From the IMG/VR virus record IMGVR_UViG_3300008339_000034: a stretch of 64,000 bases of DNA. One strand, 5' to 3'. This document shows positions 56,497 through 63,952 of this stretch, one piece after another. The notes beneath the pieces are model-generated. The model ran no database searches, was not told where the DNA came from, and saw only the letters and a program-made list of their open reading frames with translations. The number at the start of each line of letters is the position of its first letter. Position 1 is the first letter of the stretch. A program made the position numbers and the translations under genes. This DNA is from an uncultured virus (IMG/VR IMGVR_UViG_3300008339_000034). Lineage: Duplodnaviria; Heunggongvirae; Uroviricota; Caudoviricetes.

Positions 56497-58286
56497 TACT
56501 CGTTATTATTTAATGTGGTTTGAATTTGTGCTCCAGTAGTTTCTACTGTAGCAGCGTTTTTAACTCTTCTTCCTATACTATTTAAGGTATTGATGGAAGT
56601 TAGTGGGACAGCCCATATAGCGTTAGGGTCAAGGACTGCTGTTCCTACTGTGTTGTCTACAGGTACATTGTTGGCTACGTTAGACGGAGAAGGTACTATC
56701 ATTGTGCCTGTTTGAGAACCTAATGAATAAACTGTTCCTTGTCGTACATTTGCAGGAATAGGAGAGTCTGCTACTGTATCTGGACTTACCAATCTAGTAG
56801 CAGGAGCAGGAGCAGCTGGAGGTAAAGCTCCATTTGTACTGTTATTTCTAAACTCAAAATAAGAACCCATTGTTCTCCTGTAGTGCATACGAGATACATA
56901 AAGAGGTTGACCTCCTGTAGGAGAAGAAATAAAAGGCCCTGTTAAAATATTAATAGCTGAGGCATTAAGTGATATAAAAATTTGTGATGTAGAAGTTGTT
57001 ACGCTGGAACTTATAGCTCCAATATGATTTACATAAGAAGCTACGTTAGAATAAAAAGCAGGAGCGCTTTGTGTACCTTCTAAGGTAATATTTCCTGTAA
57101 TATTACAAGTACAAACAGCTGCTAGTAGGATGCCGTAACCAGGTTGTCCAGGATTATATCCTCCATAAACATTACCTGTAACATTTAAAGTTCCTGTACT
57201 AGCCATATTAATTCCTCCTGCTCTGTTAGCTCCACTAGGATAAAGATTCCCTACAACAGTAATAGTATTATTTAAACCAGAAGCTGAAATAGCATAGGCA
57301 TCATTATCTCCTCCTCCAAACAAATTACCTACTACATTAAGTGTTATATTATTACCTACTACATGTACAGCATATCCTCCCTGTCCTCCTGCTAATAAAG
57401 CTCCTGTTATATTTACAGTGCCTGCACTTACAAGTCTTAGTCTTGAATTATTTGTTGCCCAAACCTGCAAGTAATTTAAATTAGCAGTAATATTTACATT
57501 CCCACCTCCCGTAACCTCAATACAGCCCCGATTCGTAGCAGATACACTACTGATACCCCCAACTCCTGCACTTATAGTTAATGTAGTACTTGAATTTCCA
57601 GAGTAAGTTAAACAAGTTACCGTTCCTGCTGAAATACTATAGACACTACTTGTAAAAGTTAAAGTTCTAGTTGCGTCTACAATAAATCCTCCTCCTGCTG
57701 TTGCAGCTACAGACAAGGCATCGTACAAATAAAACTCAGTTATTTGAGCTCCTGTATTAGTGCCAGAAAGTACTATTCTATACTTAAGATATGCAGTTGT
57801 ATTTACAAAATATGGACTGGTAAAACTACCATTTGCTGTATGAGTTCCAATAACAATCCAAGTAGAACCATTCCATGCTTCTAAGCTATAACTAACAGTA
57901 TTTGAACCTCCATTAAAAGATACACCGAATCTTCCTATTTTTTTAGCAGTAGCAAATTCGTATGCAATCCAATCCCCTGTAACTGGTCCTGGATAATAAC
58001 AAAGACCAAAACTACGATCAAAAGACAAATAAGCAGAAAAACTTGCAAAACCTCCTGTACCATTATTAGAAGCAATACCACTAGGTGCGGTATTAGAAGT
58101 CATTAAAGGAACTTCGGTTCCTACCGTAGTTGCCGCATTTGTAATTGAATCTACGTTAATATTCTGGTCAATAGTAACTGTAAAGCCGTTAGAAGCAACA
58201 ACATCTCCAGGTTCAGGAAGTACTCCCCCGTTCCAAATAGCTGGATTACTCCAGTTACCAGATGCTATTGCAGCCCTTTGTGCCAT
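56496..58286 (-). CDS. Tail spike/fibre-like protein, paralogue 2, 596 aa
   Basis: Same architecture and near-identical N-terminus to the 588-aa neighbour. Confidence 0.62.
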   Translation of the reverse strand: MAQRAAIASGNWSNPAIWNGGVLPEPGDVVASNGFTVTIDQNINVDSITNAATTVGTEVPLMTSNTAPSGIASNNGTGGFASFSAYLSFDRSFGLCYYPGPVTGDWIAYEFATAKKIGRFGVSFNGGSNTVSYSLEAWNGSTWIVIGTHTANGSFTSPYFVNTTAYLKYRIVLSGTNTGAQITEFYLYDALSVAATAGGGFIVDATRTLTFTSSVYSISAGTVTCLTYSGNSSTTLTISAGVGGISSVSATNRGCIEVTGGGNVNITANLNYLQVWATNNSRLRLVSAGTVNITGALLAGGQGGYAVHVVGNNITLNVVGNLFGGGDNDAYAISASGLNNTITVVGNLYPSGANRAGGINMASTGTLNVTGNVYGGYNPGQPGYGILLAAVCTCNITGNITLEGTQSAPAFYSNVASYVNHIGAISSSVTTSTSQIFISLNASAINILTGPFISSPTGGQPLYVSRMHYRRTMGSYFEFRNNSTNGALPPAAPAPATRLVSPDTVADSPIPANVRQGTVYSLGSQTGTMIVPSPSNVANNVPVDNTVGTAVLDPNAIWAVPLTSINTLNSIGRRVKNAATVETTGAQIQTTLNNNE

Positions 58287-58582
58287 TAAAGTCCTTTATC
58301 AGTAATAAACTCTTGAAGACCTGTCATGATCTTTCCTACCGCAGATGCGATTTCAGGGTCAGACTCAGCTTCTTTAAAAACATCAAAGTAAGAAACAGCC
58401 TTAGCGTAGTCAGGAAGTTGTTCGATGTTTCCTCCCAAGTCTCTGTAAGGAGTCAAACGCATAGCAACTGATGCTCCGATGATTCCTCCTTCTTGAACAA
58501 GTGGAGATATGGCTAAGTTAACTAGAAGTAGAGGATACTCTACCCCGTCTACAATGGTTGGTTTGGTTGATATGATTGCCAT
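58286..58582 (-). CDS. Hypothetical protein (possible fibre chaperone), 98 aa
   Basis: 1-nt overlap coupling to the spike gene. Confidence 0.55.
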   Translation of the reverse strand: MAIISTKPTIVDGVEYPLLLVNLAISPLVQEGGIIGASVAMRLTPYRDLGGNIEQLPDYAKAVSYFDVFKEAESDPEIASAVGKIMTGLQEFITDKGL

Positions 58583-58601
58583 AAGTTTCTAATTTTATAA
58601 T

Positions 58602-59903
58602 TTATGAATATGTATGTGTTAATCTGCCACTCCAAGACACACTCAATGCTTGGGTGATTAGTACGTTACCATCTGTTAGGACTTGAATTCTTGTTATTTT
58701 CCAAACGTTTGCTCCTTCAGAACTTAACTGAGGTGCTCTTCCTACGTAAGAATACACTCCTTGATAATCGTGTCGTACAGTTGCCGTCACAGCAGAGTTG
58801 ACCCACTTTGTTCCGTTATAAGATAAGCTTTGTCCTATCTGTAAACTAGTAAGTTGAACGTCAGAAAGATTAGCGATTTGAGAAATCAATCCTGTCAACT
58901 GAGAACCATCAATTGCAGGAAGCTTTCCTGATCCGTCTAATCTAACTAATTGGTTTACTCCATTAAACGTATTTCCTTGTTGGGTTACGTTTGCCGATAG
59001 TCTCGCATCTGGAAGTAATCCACTTGTTATGTTTGAAGCAACAGTAGCATTTACGTTAGGTACGTTATCCAATCCTACCTGTGCCTTAGTAACGTTGTGA
59101 GGATTAGACGTATTTGCTATGTGTGCGTTTGTTGTGTTTTTAGCAGAACTAACTTGAGTCTGTAGTTTACCAAAACCCTGTAATACAGTATCAGTTCCTT
59201 CTACCTGAGCATCGGCTCCACTGCTAAATCCCGTAAGGACAGTAGTGCGAACTCTAGCTGGAGTAAAGTATTGGTTAGTGCCTTCAGCTAAATTGGTTGT
59301 TGTTTTGGTAGCTAACGAAGCATCAAACTTTGTTTCTGTATAATAGAAATTACTAACTCCCTGAGTTATAGTATCAGTAGTGAGTATAACATCTCCTGTT
59401 AACGTGTTTACACTTCTTACATTACCCGTACTATTAATGGTCAATGTCCCCAATCCTGGGTTATAGTTCAGAGTAACATTGGCACCTGCTTTTAACAAGT
59501 CTGCTACTCTAGCATCAATTCTTGGATTGGTAATGTATTTATTAGTAGTGCCCTCAGGGATATCGTCTGTATTCAAACTTACAAATCCTGTTTTGGTATT
59601 GACGCTTCTTACATCTCCTAGTGCACTGATTGTAATGGTCTCGGCTGTATCGTTGATTGCAAAAGAAACACCAGTACCAGCTTGAATCATTTGGAAGACC
59701 TTAGCTTTAACTCTACTGTTTGTAAAGTAAAGATTTCCTCCTTCAGGCAATGCATCAGTAGTCTTTCCCAAGAAAGCAGCAGAGGTAACTGTACCCACAT
59801 CAGCAATTGACGTAATACCAGCCTTCAACACAACTACTTTATCAGTACTTGCTAAAGACCCTGCTTGAGGTAATTGGGATACTCTTGTTTCTTTGGTTGC
59901 CAT
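58602..59903 (-). CDS. Tail-fibre-like repeat protein, 433 aa
   Basis: Four TTDxLxEGxxNxYFT-type repeats, two VRSVNTxTG repeats, HIANTSNPHNVTKAQVGLDNV motif. Confidence 0.7.
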   Translation of the reverse strand: MATKETRVSQLPQAGSLASTDKVVVLKAGITSIADVGTVTSAAFLGKTTDALPEGGNLYFTNSRVKAKVFQMIQAGTGVSFAINDTAETITISALGDVRSVNTKTGFVSLNTDDIPEGTTNKYITNPRIDARVADLLKAGANVTLNYNPGLGTLTINSTGNVRSVNTLTGDVILTTDTITQGVSNFYYTETKFDASLATKTTTNLAEGTNQYFTPARVRTTVLTGFSSGADAQVEGTDTVLQGFGKLQTQVSSAKNTTNAHIANTSNPHNVTKAQVGLDNVPNVNATVASNITSGLLPDARLSANVTQQGNTFNGVNQLVRLDGSGKLPAIDGSQLTGLISQIANLSDVQLTSLQIGQSLSYNGTKWVNSAVTATVRHDYQGVYSYVGRAPQLSSEGANVWKITRIQVLTDGNVLITQALSVSWSGRLTHTYS

Positions 59904-60241
59904 TATATCAAAAGCCTTTCGTCATTTTCTGTGACTAAGTATCCATTCTCGTCTATGCCGTCATAAAGCAGATAGGCTACTGTTCTGTATGGATCGCTAA
60001 AGTACATACTGCCATTCGGCATTGTAGAACTAATTCCAATATACGTTGTATAGTTCCCATCAACCGACTCAATGTACAATTCCTTTCCACTCAAACTAAC
60101 CCCATCCAGTAAGTGAACCTTAGCTCTAATTACATTAAAGTCATAAGGACTCATCATTACATTCTCGCTTCTCTTACTTTTTATAAGACTAACCAGCTCA
60201 CCAGCATAGCCATTACCCATTAAGTGAAGCCTTTCTCTCAT
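59903..60241 (-). CDS. Hypothetical structural protein, 112 aa
   Basis: First gene after a promoter; C-terminal YLVTENDERLLI motif. Confidence 0.55.
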   Translation of the reverse strand: MRERLHLMGNGYAGELVSLIKSKRSENVMMSPYDFNVIRAKVHLLDGVSLSGKELYIESVDGNYTTYIGISSTMPNGSMYFSDPYRTVAYLLYDGIDENGYLVTENDERLLI

Positions 60242-60259
60242 AGTTAAAGATACTTACTA

Positions 60260-60289
60260 CAAATATATCACTTTACAGATTAAAGTCAA
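60260..60289 (-). promoter_or_regulatory. Bacteroidota-type promoter, TTG-N19-TATATTTG
   Basis: Plus strand CAAATATA 60260-60267 and CAA 60287-60289. Confidence 0.7.
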
Positions 60290-60576
60290 GAGGTAAAACC
60301 AACAAGGCACACTACCCCTTAATAAGGAAAACTCAACTACTAGTAGGACCCAAGGATTTAACTACAGTTTACTTGGTATGTCACCCTAACCCCCTGTAGT
60401 CCCCCAAAGGTAAGTAGAAAATCAAGAGAAAGGAAAGAAGAAGTTATTCACACCTAAGGATAGAGGGAACCCCGCAGGGAACCGCATTTTACCGATAAAA
60501 TAAGACCACTTCTACTTCCATCGTAACTACCCTATAAAGAAATCCACCAAATAAATATTTACTAACTTTGTATACA

Positions 60577-61194
60577 ATGCAACTAAACTCCAACATCCCA
60601 CACTTTAAGGCTCTAGTCAAACGTTCTTACTTTACTAAAAACTCTGAAGATTTAGAATACGACAACGTATATGCCTTTGCCATACAGAGTGTAGCAGGTA
60701 AAATCCTTACCTTTCACGTTATTACAGACTACGGAATGCTTAGATCTAGAGTACCTATAAGTGAACTCTACTTAAAAGAAACTGAAAATGACATTCCCTA
60801 TCACTTCAAACAACTGTGGGACTGCTTTAGTGAAAACGTAAGCATAGTTCATTATGATTTCCTAAGCGAGCATAGATGCCAGGTAATCCTTAAAGACAAA
60901 AGTTTGATTTGGGCCAATTACCTGTTCACAGTAGACTGGTACAATAACCCATACAGTGATGAGCCTTCCGACTATAAGGCAGGGCATATACTAGTAGCAG
61001 ATGAGGGATACCTACTATGCATGCCCAATAACCGCATATTCTGGAAAGATTCTAACTGGGTAACTAAACCCTTCCCTGTAAGTCCTACTGCTATAAAAGT
61101 AGACACAGAACACCCAAGTGTAGAGAACCAATCAGACAGATGGGTATCAGAAGATACCGATAGCTACTACTACGATGTAGTTCCTGGTAACTAA
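60577..61194 (+). CDS. Conserved-looking phage hypothetical protein, about 205 aa
   Basis: LNSNIP, QLWDCFS, YLFTVDW, PNNRIFW motifs; TAACTTTG -7 box at 60563-60570; ATG 60577. Confidence 0.7.
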   Translation: MQLNSNIPHFKALVKRSYFTKNSEDLEYDNVYAFAIQSVAGKILTFHVITDYGMLRSRVPISELYLKETENDIPYHFKQLWDCFSENVSIVHYDFLSEHRCQVILKDKSLIWANYLFTVDWYNNPYSDEPSDYKAGHILVADEGYLLCMPNNRIFWKDSNWVTKPFPVSPTAIKVDTEHPSVENQSDRWVSEDTDSYYYDVVPGN

Positions 61195-61374
61195 TCTTAC
61201 CTATTTCGGTCCCAAGCACCTCAACAGCCAAATCACCCCCAAAATTTTCAACCCCCACAATTTTAGGATGTCTATACGAGGGTGGGGGATGTTAGATTAG
61301 ATCCCCCCATCTTCCGATAGAGTGTCGGGGTACCCCCCGTCATTTCAGAGGAGTTTATTCTGTTCTATCCTGCT

Positions 61375-61689
61375 ATGATAGATAAATTTAAAAAGTTAGT
61401 TGCTGTCGCGGAAGAGATGGCAACTTCGTGGAACGAGATGGGTCTTGATGTCAGTGGGATGGAAGTTCAGGTGGAAGGACACGGAGGCATCGTGCGAGTT
61501 GGGACATGGAGAGAGTATGCTGTATATCATCCAGACGAGAACCAACACATGCCTGAGTACTGTATGGATTACACTACCTACTACTATACTTGGATAGATG
61601 GTGGGTGGATGAAGGACGAGCCAATGATAGTAGAAGCAGCAAGTCCATTCGAGGCAAGAGAAGAAGAGGTCGACGAGCTGCCGTTCTAG
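61375..61689 (+). CDS. Small acidic protein (cassette 1), 104 aa
   Basis: ATG 21 nt after motif start; ends DELPF. Confidence 0.7.
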   Translation: MIDKFKKLVAVAEEMATSWNEMGLDVSGMEVQVEGHGGIVRVGTWREYAVYHPDENQHMPEYCMDYTTYYYTWIDGGWMKDEPMIVEAASPFEAREEEVDELPF

Positions 61690-61699
61690 AGAGAGAGAG

Positions 61700-61720
61700 C
61701 CTGCCCTTCGGGGCAGGTTT
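61700..61720 (+). terminator. Hairpin CCTGCCC-TTCG-GGGCAGG plus T tract
   Basis: Perfect 7-bp stem, UUCG tetraloop. Confidence 0.75.
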
Positions 61721-61735
61721 ATTCTGTTCCATAGT

Positions 61736-61918
61736 ATGAAGATAACAATCACGCAAGTAGCGTACAATGATGAGACATTGGTCTACACAGAAGGAATGAC
61801 TTACAATGAGTTCTGCGAGAAGAACCCTAAACTAGAGACAAGAGTAGAATGGGATGAAACAACATCCGATGCTATGGATGCCTACTATTATTGTAAGTCA
61901 AAAGCAATAGGACATTAG
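61736..61918 (+). CDS. Small protein (cassette 2), 60 aa
   Basis: ATG 18 nt after motif start; stop lies in hairpin CAATAGGAC-ATTA-GTCCTATTG. Confidence 0.7.
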   Translation: MKITITQVAYNDETLVYTEGMTYNEFCEKNPKLETRVEWDETTSDAMDAYYYCKSKAIGH

Positions 61919-61944
61919 TCCTATTGTTTTTTCTTTCTTATTCT

Positions 61945-62175
61945 ATGAATAGAATAATAAAGAGTACATTGATTGCCATTGCGGCAATCAGTGGTTTGGT
62001 TTGGGTAGTAGCAAGTGGCTTCATGACTGTGTATTTCAGAGCAGGAATGGTCGCGGATTGGGGCGAAGAGTTCACCAAGGTCGTAGAGTGGGTCTTCGCC
62101 TTCGGATGGATGGTGCCAATTGCAGTGCTGACCTGGATTGATATGGCACACACAAAGAGAAGAAGAACCGTCTAA
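61945..62175 (+). CDS. Two-TM small protein (cassette 3), 76 aa
   Basis: ATG 18 nt after motif start; stop in loop of AACCGTC-TAAC-GACGGTT. Confidence 0.7.
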   Translation: MNRIIKSTLIAIAAISGLVWVVASGFMTVYFRAGMVADWGEEFTKVVEWVFAFGWMVPIAVLTWIDMAHTKRRRTV

Positions 62176-62202
62176 CGACGGTTTATTCTTTCTCATAGTG
62201 CT

Positions 62203-62376
62203 ATGAGTAAATACAGAGAGATTCCAAGCTTGTTCCTGATAGGATTGGGCTTGATGGCTGCATGGGTTGCCTTGACAGCGTGTCCTATTGGTAGTCCTAT
62301 TCAGTACTTCAGTGCATGTATTGCACTAGGTTACTGGGCACTTGCACTATTGAGTTGGCCTCGAAAGAAAGCCTAG
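62203..62376 (+). CDS. Two-TM small protein (cassette 4), 57 aa, not in the ORF track
   Basis: MSKYREIPSLFLIGLGLMAAWVALTACPIGSPIQYFSACIALGYWALALLSWPRKKA; ATG 21 nt after motif start. Confidence 0.7.
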   Translation: MSKYREIPSLFLIGLGLMAAWVALTACPIGSPIQYFSACIALGYWALALLSWPRKKA

Positions 62377-62413
62377 AAGAAAGCCCTCACGGGCTTTTTT
62401 TCTTTCTTATAGT

Positions 62414-62537
62414 AGTAGGGATATCCTACTATTATGTACTCATCTGCCAAAGTGCGGTGAACGTAAAGCTAGTTCACGTAAGACCACAACATGGGGTAGC
62501 GCCCTTACAACTACCCTGCATATCAGGGTAGTTTTTT
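62414..62537 (+). ncRNA. Candidate structured small RNA (cassette 5)
   Basis: Motif copy with no ATG at the expected position; three hairpins; only an 8-codon ORF. Confidence 0.4.
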
Positions 62538-62549
62538 CTTTTCTATTGT

Positions 62550-62669
62550 ATGAGATATCTAATAGTAGCAGTGGTGATTGTGGGACTGATGTCCTGCGCA
62601 TCAGGTCGTGGTCACAGTTGTAGCAAGTCAAACAAGAATTACTGGCACAACGAGTTCAACAAATTCTAA
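62550..62669 (+). CDS. Tiny lipoprotein (cassette 6), 39 aa, not in the ORF track
   Basis: MRYLIVAVVIVGLMSC-ASGRGHSC...; lipobox LMSC; ATG 18 nt after motif start. Confidence 0.7.
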   Translation: MRYLIVAVVIVGLMSCASGRGHSCSKSNKNYWHNEFNKF

Positions 62670-62673
62670 CATC

Positions 62674-62692
62674 AGGGGCGAAAGCCCCTTTT
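62674..62692 (+). terminator. Hairpin AGGGGC-GAAA-GCCCCT plus T tract
   Basis: GNRA tetraloop, GC-rich stem. Confidence 0.75.
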
Positions 62693-62760
62693 AACTTGGA
62701 TTGGGCTGCACTGTAATCTTAAGAACTAACTACGATAGAGAGTTTTTTCTTTCTCATTGT

Positions 62761-62949
62761 ATGGAGAAATATGAATATGTATTCGATGCGTTGGAGTCTA
62801 TCGTGGTAGATATCCAATTAGAACTTAATGAGTCAGAGAATGACTCACACAAAGCGTTGGCTCGACTTGAACGGTCGTTCCTATCCAATGTAGTAGATCT
62901 ACTGCATGAGGCTAGGAAATACCGTGAGTTGATAGAGAAAGGGTCGTAA
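62761..62949 (+). CDS. Small helical protein (cassette 7), 62 aa
   Basis: ATG 18 nt after motif start; stop in loop of GGTC-GTAA-GACC. Confidence 0.7.
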   Translation: MEKYEYVFDALESIVVDIQLELNESENDSHKALARLERSFLSNVVDLLHEARKYRELIEKGS

Positions 62950-62971
62950 GACCTTTTTTCTTTCCTATTAT

Positions 62972-63250
62972 ATGGAATCAAAAATAATGTTAGAACTACG
63001 GCTACAGATTGTGGAAGACATTCTGGGTAAGTTAGGTAGACAATTAGCAAAGGTAGAAAAGGAAACTTACAGGATTGAGGTGGAAAACAGAAGAAGGGAA
63101 AGAGTAGGTAAAAATCCACTCATCGGACTAAATCAAGAAGAGAAAGAAAGAAACGAAAGACAAAGTAAAGCATTAAGGATGGTGATGGCAACAGTAAGAA
63201 TAGAATGGACTACTCTTACTAACCAACTAAAAAAGTTTAAGGAAGTCTAA
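62972..63250 (+). CDS. Coiled-coil protein (cassette 8), 92 aa
   Basis: ATG 18 nt after motif start; stop in loop of GAAGTC-TAAC-GACTTC. Confidence 0.72.
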   Translation: MESKIMLELRLQIVEDILGKLGRQLAKVEKETYRIEVENRRRERVGKNPLIGLNQEEKERNERQSKALRMVMATVRIEWTTLTNQLKKFKEV

Positions 63251-63278
63251 CGACTTCTTTTTTCTTTTCCCTACTGCT

Positions 63279-63626
63279 ATGAGAGCCAACTCACCCGAAG
63301 CTAAATCGTTGATTAACGACATGCTTCAAAAACACGCAGAGAATCTAGAAATGGAAATGCGCTACACTATCGAACGTCAATTAGATTTCTACAAATTGAC
63401 CAAAGAAAGAACCGTGTCTAAAATGCTCGGCAACCTTCAGTCAGAGTTCACACTCACTCAACAGTTCAAATACCAAGAAAGCATCGGTGCTACCTTGCGT
63501 GAAATGGAGAGAACATATCTCGAGTACTTCGGTAAGCCTTGGGATTACGTGGAACCTGAAGTAGCAGTAGAACCTGAAGAGAGTGACAAGCCTAAAGGCA
63601 AACGGGGTAGACCACGTAAAGACTAA
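63279..63626 (+). CDS. Protein with C-terminal AT-hook (cassette 9), 115 aa
   Basis: KGKRGRPRKD C-terminus; ATG 21 nt after motif start. Confidence 0.72.
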   Translation: MRANSPEAKSLINDMLQKHAENLEMEMRYTIERQLDFYKLTKERTVSKMLGNLQSEFTLTQQFKYQESIGATLREMERTYLEYFGKPWDYVEPEVAVEPEESDKPKGKRGRPRKD

Positions 63627-63630
63627 CAAT

Positions 63631-63649
63631 AACCCCCTTCGGGGGGTTT
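63631..63649 (+). terminator. Hairpin AACCCCC-TTCG-GGGGGTT plus T tract
   Basis: Perfect 7-bp stem, UUCG tetraloop. Confidence 0.75.
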
Positions 63650-63664
63650 ATTCTTTCTTATCCT

Positions 63665-63952
63665 ATGAGAACATTATTCGTAATCCTATTCTTGTCCATG
63701 GCTTGTACAGCATGTGGACAACAAGTCAATGATTCATTGAAGATGACATCAGATGACTCAACCTTCGTAAGTAATGTCGTAAAAGACATGCATCCCATAT
63801 CCTACACAGCAACTAAAACTCACCACGGTGTAGTTCTAGTAATGGTCTTTGACAAGTACACTCTAATAGAGACACTTGTTGACGGCTTTGTGGAAGATCT
63901 AGCGGAACTAACACCTAAAGGTCTCATAGTGTATCCAAGGGAGTCTGACTGA
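63665..63952 (+). CDS. Putative lipoprotein/secreted protein (cassette 10), 95 aa
   Basis: MRTLFVILFLSMACTAC signal; stop inside hairpin 63935-63961. Confidence 0.7.
   Translation: MRTLFVILFLSMACTACGQQVNDSLKMTSDDSTFVSNVVKDMHPISYTATKTHHGVVLVMVFDKYTLIETLVDGFVEDLAELTPKGLIVYPRESD

Larger units (their letters stand above)
61354..63664 (+). repeat. Ten dispersed copies of an 18-nt motif, approx. TTTWTTCTKTYYYATHVT, mostly right after a hairpin
   Basis: Copies start at 61354, 61718, 61927, 62182, 62396, 62532, 62743, 62954, 63258, 63647. Confidence 0.9.

Noticed and set aside
54730..59903. Diversity-generating retroelement targeting the fibre genes
   Set aside because: No reverse transcriptase in the window and no template/variable repeat pair differing only at adenines was seen
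74..60241. Stop-codon reassignment (TAG or TGA), reported in some crAss-like phages
   Set aside because: Genes are full length and tightly packed in the standard code, and TAG/TGA occur as ordinary stops
60242..61374. tRNA genes in the intergenic stretches
   Set aside because: No cloverleaf or T-loop GTTCRA pattern recognised by eye; tRNAscan-SE/ARAGORN would be decisive
61688..61699. (AG)n microsatellite as phase-variation site
   Set aside because: Short, intergenic, between a stop codon and a hairpin; no frame or promoter spacing depends on it
62316..62531. 71-aa plus-strand ORF spanning cassette 5
   Set aside because: Starts inside the 57-aa membrane gene and crosses a terminator hairpin and the motif; inconsistent with the cassette pattern
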